Positions 10,968 through 22,262 of a DNA stretch of 64,000 nucleotides are shown piece after piece. Source of the DNA: Sphaerodactylus townsendi (lineage: Eukaryota); the NCBI RefSeq assembly GCF_021028975.2, contig NC_059432.1, forward strand, positions 64,914,001 to 64,978,000, read 5' to 3'. The stretch's first letter is position 1. Each line of letters opens with the position of its first letter. The notes beneath the pieces are model-generated. The model saw only the letters and a list, made by a program, of their open reading frames with translations, made no database searches and was not told the origin of the DNA. The position numbers and the translations under genes are program-made.

Positions 10968-13898
10968 GTGCCCTTTAAGGCTGGAAACAGTGATATAGGA
11001 CTCTCCCAGCTGATTTCCTTGGCTATGAAGGGAGAAGACAGACAAGTGGGATAGTACTTACAGTGAAAGGGATGGAGGAAGCAATTCATGGCTATTTCTA
11101 AGGCGAGTCTAATAACAAGAGTAAGCTATGCAGGGACTTGAGGACTTCTAACTAATTTTTCTGCCGGGTCTCCAAAAATACTAGATCATTTTACCTGTGT
11201 GCCATGGTCTAATCAGGCATTCAAACAGCTAAGAACTGACAACTTCTTGAATGCGCCTTATTGATCACAGAAGTACAAAAGCTACAACTGCTTTATTTCC
11301 TAGGGCGTAGAAGCAGCTACAATATGCAGGTCACACCAAATTTCCACCTAGCTGCTTCCCTGAAGTCAGCACACAGAGGAAAGTGGCTAGCCAGATCATT
11401 ACTTACGTCACCTCTGAAACACAACCCATGCAGGCAGGCAAAAATGCATTTCAGATTGGTTTGCACTTTTTTATATCCTTTTGAAAAAAATGGGATATCC
11501 AGGAAACCCAAGGCAAGCAATGTCTCTCCTCCTTACATGACAACATTTTCATAATGATCTACTTTCCATTTATAGTGGTAAACTTATGGCCTTCCAATCG
11601 CCCAAAGCATGCTATTCACATCCATTTATTTACTTTTCACCTGAGCATAATTTATAGAAGTCGCTTTTTAAAATATTGTCAAATTAAGTATCGATGCCAA
11701 AAGTGAGTTTAATCACTGTAATATGGATTTGCAAAGCCATATTTTAAGTAGAGCAAAATTACAATTATTGAAATTGGGGGGAAAACCCCAAAATTGAAGG
11801 GAACAAACATACCCGCTGCAATAGAAGCATGCCATAAAAATCTAATCTTTGCTGAGAAATTACCGTTATCTACCTCATTCGAAGTGGGGAAACTATGAAG
11901 GGAAAAGGAAGGAAACTGAGAGAAAGTGGGAAGCAGCTTGCCACCTGAAAGGACAACTTGCGATATAAACAGGCAGAGGAGTGGCAGACGCACAGGCACA
12001 GTACAGAATCTCAACAGCTACCGTCATCCTGACACAACCAGGTGTTAAGGAACAAGAGGACCATCCTGAACAAACCACTTCTAACTCATTCTTATCACTG
12101 CCTTGCTCTCAAAAGCACAAGATCTGCAAGATATGTTTTCTTAGCACGTCTCTTGGAAACATGGCACTCCTGGTTGTAAAAGAACACATTTTCTGTACTT
12201 AAAGGTACTTTCTTTGGAGAGCTTCTATTTAAAAGGAAAGGCAGAAGAGACGTATCGACAGCACTCCATCACATCCCTTGCTACAGTACCTCCTTCTTTT
12301 CTTCTGTTCAGGGGCACAGCCTGCTAAATAGTTCAGAGGAATACAACTGGGATCAGAATATTCCTCAGTCAATTAGCAAAGCAGGTTGCCCCTGGACAGA
12401 AACACTGGGCAACAGAAGGGGCCTGAGGAGAAGGCAAAAAAATAATGCTTGCATGTTGAAAGAGCAGAAACGATGCATGGATCAAACAGGGCCAGTATCA
12501 GAATACCATAAGGTGGGATAACTGTCAGGGACCACTGCTGTCAATGGCCCCCCACATACTCTCTTGCTGGTGATCCACCACCCATGCTCCCTGCTTCTTG
12601 AACTGCCCAGTGCCACTGGGGAAGAGGCTGCAGGTAGCTATGAGCATGGGCAGTGAGAGGACTTGTGAGCAGACAAGGGAAGGAGTACGAGAAGGGGACT
12701 GGTGGTGGGTGGAGGTTGGGGAAGGGGGCACTGGGAACCAGCCCTAAGTAGACAGGAAAAGTAAATACCTGTTTGTACTGTTCCTTTTGTTTCTTCTCTA
12801 CAATTTTTTGTATGTGGATCCACATAGTATTTCAAACCAAAATAGTACTCTAATTTATTGAAGGGGAAAAGGCAAGACAGAGAAAAGCATTCAAATCACA
12901 TCCCATCCTTTCCTGCCTATGCCCCACTTAGAACAGAAACAAAGCCCTCCAGAAGTGTATGTCAGAGATCCACTGGCATCACTCCGTGCCAGTGTCAGGC
13001 TGGGATAATTTCAGCATGTCAGTGTAGAATGGAGTGGTATCAGGGGCTTTTCAGGGGCAAAGTGAATCAACTTCCTAAGCTTTTCCAGTCCCAACAGCAT
13101 CCCTAATGCCAGCATAAAATCATGGCACTGAAAACAATGCCCCTTCTTTAAAACATCTAACAGAGACCAAGGCTAATGAAAATGCTACTATCCTTCTCCC
13201 ACCTCACTTTCAAGTCCTCCTCCACCTTCAAATATCAGGATACCAACTAAGTCTGTCGTCAATCACAGACTTTCAATTAACTAAATAAACTCCAGCCAAA
13301 ATTCCCATAGCTCAAATGTTAGGGCATGTGGCGTGGGGTTACAGGATCATGGCAAGCATACCTAGAATATCCACAGGAGGGTTTTGGTGATAGGAAGGGC
13401 ACTTTGACAAAAAGGAAATACTGAGTACAACAGCCAGCATTGATGTAGAATATGTCTAACAATGGTGTTCCATCTTCGGACACAAACATTCAATGGAAGC
13501 CTCCACATTTCCTAGTGGTGATGCAAGGACAATGCAACTCACTCAGTTAAGCAAGGAAGGGCAGGCTGCCCTAAATTATAGCAACTAAAACTCTCCTGTT
13601 CCCCTGGACCTATTCTGTATATTGCCCAACCAATCCTCCTTTCCTGGATAGCTGCTAGCAGTGTGTACAGTGCAAACAGCCAAAGAGAGAACTTGTAAAA
13701 TATGCTGCTAACAGGCCTGTTGACAACCCCAGAGGCAAGTACCAACAAAGAGCAAGTGGGCTCCAAAGGTTGACAGCTTCCTCCTCTACCTTGAAAATCC
13801 CCATATAGTGGGACACAGTGGAACCATTCAGCCAACCTTTACACATTTGCAATGGAATCATGTCTGTTCTGTCTGCTGGGGCTGTGATTCTGCAAGCC

Positions 13899-14155
13899 GA
13901 GATGCACCTTGGGTGGTGTAATGGTTAAGATCAGTGGACTCTAATCTGGTGAACTGGATTTATTTCCCCACTCCTCCATATGAAGCCTGCTGGGTGAACT
14001 TGGGCTTGTCACATTTCCCTCAGAACTCTCAGCCCAACCTAACTTCACAAGGTTTCTGTTTGGGTCTGTCTGTTTGAAGGAGGGGAAGTGATTACAAGCC
14101 ACTTTGAGACTCTTCAAAGGTGGAGAAAAATCAGAGTATTAAAAAAAACCCTACC
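13899..14155 (+). mobile_element. SINE (Squam3-like, diverged)
   Basis: Homologous head, core and tail. Confidence 0.7.
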
Positions 14156-15899
14156 TTTTCTCCTTGGTTTGTAGATCACAGCAGTAGTTGTACTCCGTGT
14201 CTCCTACTTGCAAAGGCATGACACCGGTATGGCATCTTCGATGACAGAATGGTGTTCTGCCTGGAATATTACCCATTACCATTCTTGCATGTTTTTGGAG
14301 TCTTTGCAAGCAGCCATCCAAAAGGGCAAGAGGCCAGGATTCATTCATACTACATTCCCAACCATCTGCCAAGGCTACCACCCAACCAACATCTCCCCTG
14401 CTATGGAACTGCCAGTTCACTTGCTCTAGTCTAGCTCCTGCAACACAGCAAGATGCCTAACAGACAGAGTGCATCAGTTGGCTGTCTCAGTTTACCTCTG
14501 GCAGAGTTGTGTGAATGGTGACAGATAGTGTGGTTTCTATGGATTCTGTTGACCCTTGTTGTTCTTGTCACATATTTCCCCTCTACAGTAGAGACACATG
14601 ATACAGACTAGTGAAACCATAGTGGTGCACTGGGAGTCTTAGAAATGGGTTGCCACTAAAGAAATTTCAAATGATGCTTGCAAGTGCTGATCTTCACTAA
14701 CTGGGCTTTTCTACTGGGTCAAGTCCAGAACCTCTCTAAACAGATACATTTATGAAGCCAATGAATGGAATCAAAAGACGTGTTCTCTCCATTTCCAACT
14801 CCAATTGAAGCTGCTCATTAAGGCAATTTTTCATAGTTTAATCAGCCAGTCAAATGCCAGTTACTGCTGCTGATTCTCATTTAAGCCAAGATTGGATTCA
14901 AATGACTATTTGGCACATAATGTAGTGTTTGCTCTTACCGGTAGTACTTGACTAGATGGCAAGATGACCTTCACTACACTCATGCCGTGTTGGAGAACGA
15001 TAAAACCCACCTGACGTTGTGACTGAATGCTGTGACTATCCATTAGCAATACAAGACCTAGCAAGATCCCAAAAACTGAAAGCATAGAGTAGCTGCTGGA
15101 GCATGCCGAAAGCTCACCGTGCTGCATGGCTAGACGCAACAAAACATCACTCCACAAAGTTGCAGTCAAACCATGATGAATTTGTCAGGGGTCACCATAA
15201 CCACGAATACTAATCTGAGCCGACAATAATGCTATACTCTCTTAAAGAAGTAACTGGGACAGTGTTTCAAAGAATAGAGAAAATACATGCTTATAAGATG
15301 AAGGAAAGTTCTGATGAACACACATGTAACCTTTAATACTCTTTAACCTTGTTATTCAGATAGTGTTTAAGAGATAGATTTTCCTTTTTTGTTGGTTTTA
15401 TTTGGGGGTGGTTTGAATGTCAAAGGCAAGTGAGATTCAAAACAGCATTCATGAACTGTACAGACCAGAAGCAATGGTGAATTAATTTATTTAAAGGGGA
15501 TGGATTTTGTGTATGTCAGTTTTTTTCTGAGCACATCCTGGTGAAGCAGACATTGGGGCAACACAACATATTCAGTTTTCATCTCTAGCTAGCAGGTACA
15601 GCACACAACGGCAGCTTCATACCCATCTCAACATGTCATTCTTGCTCATCGTCTTCGAAAACACCAAGAGGAAGAAAAGCTGAACTTGCCCTAATTGCTC
15701 AGGCTATGAATCACATCTCACTCCATAACCAGCGCGCCTGCACTCACTGCTAAACCACACGTTAACCCATCTGTGAGTGCATAGTGCAGTTAATCTACGG
15801 TCAGGGAAAGGCACTCTGTACATGCTCCGATGCTTTCATTACTTTAGGTAGCAGTGTGCCAGCAATAGACTTGGTATCACATTCCGAATCTGGGCCAGC

Positions 15900-16470
15900 C
15901 TTCCGCCCCATACAGTCCCAGAACCAAAGTCCTCCCCCACCTTTCAACTCCGCCTTCCTTTTGCTTTTCCATCTCTCGCCCTCCATCAGGGTTCTGACGA
16001 GCTTGTACGCCGCCACCTCTTTCCCTGCAAGCCCCAGCACATTTCCCGGGCGCTGTAGGAGCACATGCCGCCTCGTCTCCAACCCTTCTACTTTCGCCTG
16101 CTCCAGTTACCCTTTCCTCTGCATGCCCATACCTTCCGCCGCTTCTCGGGCCGCACTTTCCCGCTCCCAAGGCGGCAGCTGGGACCCAGGCGCGCCTGCA
16201 TCAACATCAGCCCCTCCAGCCGCCATCATAACCTGAAAACGGCGAGGGGGGGAGAAGAACGGACTGCGCGTGCGCATCGCCTCCGTCATGTGTGAAGGGA
16301 GAAAGGTAGCGGTGGGCGGTGGTCGTGGATTTACTACACAGTTCCTAAACAGAGGCGTGGACTATCAGAAGTTAGGGCAGGCATTTAAATGCGATTAGGA
16401 GGATTGAGGTTTCACTGGGTCCAGTTTACTGAAAATGACAAAAATTCCCGCCCTTTCCGCCATGATAAGT
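15900..16470. promoter_or_regulatory. CpG island / proximal promoter around the MMS19 first coding exon
   Basis: CpG-rich; NRF1-like GCGTGCGCAT (~16268), ZNF143-like ACTACACAGTTCC (~16333), E2F-like TTCCCGCC (~16445), YY1-like CCGCCAT (~16457). Confidence 0.6.
16133..16229 (-). CDS. MMS19: MMS19 (cytosolic Fe-S assembly component) first coding exon
   Basis: ATGATG start, MMAAGGADVDAGAPGSQLPPWERESAAREAAE-G, donor G|GTATGG at 16132; phase-1 join to next exon; CpG-rich. N-terminus diverged from human. Confidence 0.8.
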
Positions 16471-18119
16471 GTAAGAAGTATGATCTCAGCAGATTCCAAA
16501 ATGCCCAGGGAATGTGTGTGTGATGTGTTTGGTATTTGAAATATAGCTGTTCATACGTATAAATTATGATAATTTAAACTACTAAAAACTAATTTAGCGC
16601 TATAGAGTTGAATGGCTTTTCATTTACTCGTTCAAATCATAAGAAATAAAGCTGAAAATGCCAGACAAACCGAGCTTTGGTTTGGGGAAAACCTAGGACC
16701 AAGGTAGGAAACAGATCCTCTTCTCTCTCTGGAATCCTTGCCCCAGGTGCAGTACAAGCATAAATTAGGACAGGGCTGCATTTCCCAAAATATGACCTGA
16801 GGAGCTGCAGGACACTTCAAACTGTGTTCCACGTAGGAAGATTATCTCACAGCCTGTAAATCTAGAGATATTTTGTTCTAGCAACATTAATTTAGTATTA
16901 CAACCCTCAACAACTGCTACTTGTTGTGCTAACTAACTTTGGAGGCCACAAAGAGCCAGAAGGAGCTTCCCACCCTGCCTCTTCCTCTGCATGGATTAAC
17001 GGAAAGTGAGGCACTATTCTTTACTAATGCTGTTGTAAAGTTAATGCCCCAGTCCACAGATTTGTATGGATCCTTGTGCCATGAGCTGCATAGATGCAGC
17101 TGTTAAGAGATTCTGTGTGTTTGCCTAATGAAGAGATGACTGCCAGTGAAGTGGTGGGGGCTGGGAGGGTAGTGTAAATTTAGAAGAGGTCCCCAGTTCA
17201 AAAAGTACGAAAGACACTGAATTAGTCTGTCTACACATAATTTATTCACTAGCTCAGTTTTCAAAAACACCATCTTTATAATTTAGTTAATTCTGAACTA
17301 GACCATAGAACATGGGTGAAAAAATCTACAAAATAAACCCGGGTAGAAATTTCTCCACAAACCTAAAGAAAGCCCCAAGTTTGCAGAAATATACAGAAAA
17401 AATCTGCAACTTAAGATAAGGAAATATATTGGAGGATTAAAACTCGCTAAAATAACTCAGACTTTTTGCTAAGAAGAAAGGCTGGCAGAGGAAGCAAGGA
17501 GGAAAACCTGAAGATGGGGTGGATGCAAGAAGAGCTGTGCTGGGTCAGATCAATGGTCAATTTAAGTCCAGCATCCTGTCTCACACAGCAGTCGACCAGT
17601 TATTCTGGAGGGCCAACAACAGGGTAGAGAGAACAAGGCCTTCCCCTGATTTGCACTTGGCACTGGTATTCAGAAGCTTATTGTCTCTGAATTTGGAAGT
17701 GGGTAGGAATGAGGCAGGAAAAGGCTACAGAGGCTGCCAGGGAAGCAATGAGGAAAATAGTGGGAGAGGGAGATACCAGGGAAAATAAAATGCCCCCTGT
17801 AAATTATTATGTGTTTCTCACTTATGTTATCCAAAGGGCAATTTCTTTGTGATTCCAAACTCACTTACTACTGCAAATGTCCAGATGCAACAAAAATTAG
17901 GCCCAACATGAATAGGATGTTTTGTGCTAGGGCCACAAATAATTTTTAAAAGCCCTAAAACCTATGGAATGTGTCTGTTCTGATGAATTTTAGTGGTACA
18001 ATGGGTAAGTCTCAGCAAAGTAATTCTGCCTACCCTACCTATTTGTCTTTCAAAAGTCTGCAGTCTGCCTTTGCTAGTTAAAATTGCTAGCTTGTTAAAG
18101 TTGTCAGGAAGGAAAGGTG

Positions 18120-18272
18120 GCATAGTATAGCCTGATGTCGTCAGATCTTGGAGACCACTGAGGAAGACTCTGCAGAAGAATGCAATGGCAAACCACCTCC
18201 GCTTCTCACTTGCCTTGAAAGCCTGGGTTCACCATAAGTCAGTTGCAACTTGACAGTACTTATGCACATACA
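18120..18272 (+). mobile_element. 5S-derived SINE, internally deleted
   Basis: GCCTGATGTCGTCAGATCTTGGAG head and the same GGCAAACCACCTC..CCATAAGTC tail. Confidence 0.7.
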
Positions 18273-19154
18273 TAAGTTCTTCAGTGAGAAGCAAGGATCA
18301 GTTTGAATACCTTTTACAATATGCAAATGGGTGTAACATGCATTCTTCAACAGGATAAGGGGTATTATTTCTAATATTTCCCTTGGAAGAAAGTCAAGAG
18401 AAAGGAATGTGTCAAGAGACTGCAACAATGATACATACCCAAATTCCCTTTTGGCATAGGGCTGCTACCAAGGATGGGCTGGAACCAAAAAAGTTAAAAG
18501 CAGCAAAGGGAAACCAATTTGGGCCCAGGTGTAATCTGAACAAGAAGCACTTGTGCTATGTACTTGTGCTTCTTTGTTCAGAATCAAAAACAGGGATGAA
18601 AATATATTATTGCTAAAGGGTGGTACAATGAGCATAAGATGACCAGAGAGACCTATTATTTTCTGTTCTTTACAACCCAAGCTTATGCAGAGATCAGCAC
18701 ACCTATATTTGCACAGAATCAGGCTGTGAGTACACTGAAAGTTTAAACTATGTCAGCACTGACTTTCAAAAAGTGCAACAGGAAAAGGGATTACATGGGG
18801 AAATCTGCACAGGACTGCCATCCATGAAAAGTCATGCCACAAGCTTGTGTACATGCCCCCCATTTGAGAGGGTTATATTTGGACATATATTTGTATTTTG
18901 CCTAGGATGGCCTTTACTTTAAATTTACAATGCTTTTTTTTTAATTGCATTGCTTGCCATATTACCATCTGAAGTTTTGGGTCTACAACCACTCCTATCA
19001 TTAAACAGCCCACCTGCAGGAATCAGAGGACAGGTTTTGCCAGTTAACACCCTAGAATGGCAGCTTCCACACCACTTCCTCTGCAACATATGCACAGGCA
19101 GATCTTTTTCTTTGCAAGCTATATGAGTGGCTCAGATATTTAATAGTGTATTAT

Positions 19155-19393
19155 TGTACTGTTGAAGGCTTTCAAAGCCAGAATAACTGACTATTATTTT
19201 CCAGGCTGTGTGGCCATGGTCTGGTAGTTTTTGATCCTAATGTTTCACTCGCATCTGTAGCTGACATCTTCAAAGGTATGTCACAAAACATATCTTACAT
19301 GCCTCTGAAGATGCCAGCTGTAGATGCAGGCAAAACATTAGGAGCAAAAATTACCAGACCATGGCCACACAACCTGGAATACCCACAACAGCA
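19155..19393 (-). mobile_element. PLE fold-back element, older copy
   Basis: Inverted arms homologous to 1352-1604; CTGAAGA at 19305; CpG-decayed GAAA. Confidence 0.8.
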
Positions 19394-19789
19394 GGCTGTA
19401 TTAGTGTTGCTTGTTACTGTTTTGTGACTTAATGGCATTAAATGTACATTTACAAAATAAGTTTTAAAAATCCCCAAATTCCAGAAGTGGAAGATCCATC
19501 AAAGAGCAGAGAATTAGGGGAAAAACAAGAATCAAGGGAGAAACAACAGAGATTGTGGAGGCAAAGAAGTAACAGCGAGGGGCATAATTGACACTGGGAA
19601 AAAATAACTAAGAAAAATAGGGCAGATTTTGAAGGGGAAGGTTATATTTCGCATTCTGTATTTCGAACGCTGATCGGCAGGAAGACGAATGCCCCCCTTG
19701 GTTAAAGCAAATGCTTTACACAGAAGGTAGGGTTTGATTATGGATATGAAGGAAGAGTTGATATTTTAAAAGGGCAGAGGCCTTCCACT

Positions 19790-20820
19790 GTCAACACCGC
19801 GGGACGGGGCTGCCACAAAATCCACAGGTCGTCCACTCCCGCACCCAAGACCCTTGCGTTTTACAGTCGGTGCCACCTGCAAGGCAAGGTGGTATACATT
19901 GACTGGGCCTTAGGTAGAGCCAGGCCCACGGACTTCCCTCGCATTTGCAACGAGGAGAGTTGGGCTTCGCATAAATCTTGCTACCCTAAATCCAGCCTGA
20001 GGTCGAGCGAGCGTGTGGCGACTGAGTTGCACTGAAAGGACGGAGTCCACAGAGGCTGGGAACTGTGCGGAAATCCGTTTAATCCCCAGGCCAGCAGATC
20101 CCACTCCGTCTCGCCCGCTCCTCCCTGCAGGATTGAGGTTCGGGTCACGGCCGATCCTCTTCCAGGGCTTGGCCGAGAGAGGCGGAGCGGTGGGCGGACT
20201 CCTGCCGCCGAGTCACATGCTCACCTGGAGAAGGAGGAGCCCCGAGTGTCTCCCAGGGCCGGCCGGGACCCTCCCCGGCTCAAATCCCGGCTCTCGGCAG
20301 GGCTGCAACCGCCCTGCCGCCAGCAGCGAGCGCCGGAGTCGCCTTCGGGCCTGTCTCGGCTGGATCCCGCCTGATCGAGGAAGAGCCTAATTAACGCCTC
20401 CCGTTCCGCGAGACTCCCGACCTGCCGAGGAGGAGGAGGAGGAGGAACACCCGGCAGAAAGTTTGCGTGCCTGTCCGGACGGCGGGTTGCGGATCCGGCC
20501 CCATGCGGGACGGGAGAGCCCTGAGCAGGGCTCAGGCGCTAGGATCCCTCAGAGTCGTCGCCTGGGGCTGCCGCCATGGGCAGCTGTGTAGGGAGGCAAC
20601 GCAGGGAGCGGCCGACCACCCCCGGGCACCCGCGCAAGCGAGCAGGTGAGCGGCATCGAAGTACCCCCTTCCCCCCCCCCCCCCACGCCCTCTCAGCCTC
20701 AGCAGACATGGCAGTTGGGCGACCGGGAACGCAAGCGAAGTCTGGCCCCCGCGACGGAAGAAGGACACTTCCCCTTCTCCACCTAGGCCCACCCAAGGCT
20801 GGTCATCGAGAGTCATGCCA
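19790..20820. promoter_or_regulatory. CpG island, UBTD1 promoter (probably bidirectional with MMS19)
   Basis: Very high GC and CpG content, GGGCGG box, surrounds UBTD1 exon 1. Confidence 0.8.
20576..20645 (+). CDS. UBTD1: UBTD1 exon 1 (ubiquitin domain-containing protein 1)
   Basis: Strong Kozak gccgccATGG; MGSCVGRQRRERPTTPGHPRKRA-G; donor G|GTGAGC. Confidence 0.96.
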
Positions 20821-21523
20821 AGCTTGGGGACAGGGTGCTGTTATATTATGCTGCTTAGGATTTCTGATGGTCGTCTGGACGGGCACTGTGGCCCAAAACA
20901 ATGTGTAGGCGAGGGCTGTATATGCTTCTAGGAGTGGATCATCTCTGTTTTAAGTGGTATGAGTGACTGGGGGATGCATGTCCTATGAGAGGGGAGAGGG
21001 ATGAATTTGGTGTCCTATAGTTAATAGTAAGCCCCTTGCACCCAGCCATCCAGCTTCTCCAGACCCAATAGGTCTGTGTCCAGCAAAAGTGGAGGATATC
21101 CTGGAAACTTGCCTTCTCACTTTATGTACCAGCTGGTCTGTCCTGTCTCACCAGGTGAGTTGAAGGTGCAGACTCCCATGCCTCTGCTGACCCAAGTGCA
21201 CGGGGTGGGTGTTGGCTGCTTTCATGTCATGGGCTGCTAGATTAAGCGGTATTAATTCTCAGTTCAGTGAACAGGTCAGAATGATTTGGGACCAGAGTAT
21301 TTTTGGGCCAGGAAAGCAACCTTTCTTTATGTGGCTGATCAAAATTGGCTCTAAAGTCTGCAGCAGCCACATTGGGAATATGTCTTGTGACCGATATCTT
21401 TACACCAGTACTAACTAAAAGACGTGACCTTCTCTAAAAGTTAGGGTCAAAAATATTTGAAGAAGCTCTGTTTGCTTCTATGTGGAGTTAGTGGGGAGGG
21501 GCAGAGGTTGGCACCTTAGAAAT

Positions 21524-22262
21524 TTCGTCACTACTCTCCATTAGTCAGATTGCATCTGGAGAACCGTGCCCAGTTCTGGGTGCCACTCTTTAAGAAAGTT
21601 GTAGACCAACTCTAACAGGTCCCGGACCAGGGGCGTGCAATAAACAGACCGAGGGGTCTGGATAACTCCTGTGAGGAAAGCATGAGGGACCTTAGTATTG
21701 TCTGGCCTTCAGAAGAGATCAGACATGATCACACTCTTCTAATATCTGAAGCGCTGCCTCATAGAAGAGGACAAAGACTTGTTTTGCTCTGCTCCTGAGG
21801 ACTGAATCTTCTAAAGAGCTGAGGTTACAGGAGAGTACATTGCTGTTGAATGTTAGGAAGCAGCCTTCTAACAGTGAGAGCGCTATGATAATAGAACTGA
21901 TGAATTATTTATGTAATACTTTAAAAAAAACCACCTTTCCTCTGAGGAGCTCAGGAAATGTATATCATTCTCCCCTCCTCCACAACAATTCTGTAAGGTA
22001 AGTTAGGCAGAGAGAAAGAGAGAGAGCAGTCCAAGGTTACTGAGTGAGTTTGTGACAGAGTGGAGATTTGAACCTGGATCTTGGTACAACACTCTCACCC
22101 CAATATCACACAGGCTGTTGGGATGGGATGTTACTGGAAATTTTCAAGCAAATACTGGACAGCCATCTGTCAGGGACATTTTAACTTTGGATTTTCTGCA
22201 TTGAGCAGGTGTTAGACTAGATGGGTTTTAAAAGCATCATCTACCTCTACTGTTCTTTATAT
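21524..22262 (+). mobile_element. CR1 LINE 3' fragment (interrupted by a SINE at ~21930-22110)
   Basis: CATCTGGAG..GCCCAGTTCTGG..AAGAA pattern of the CR1 ORF2 end; GACTAGATG 3'UTR. Confidence 0.7.

Noticed and set aside
15173-15218. ATGATGA...CTGA resembling a C/D snoRNA
   Set aside because: Only ~45 nt, no terminal stem, and antisense to the host MMS19 intron.
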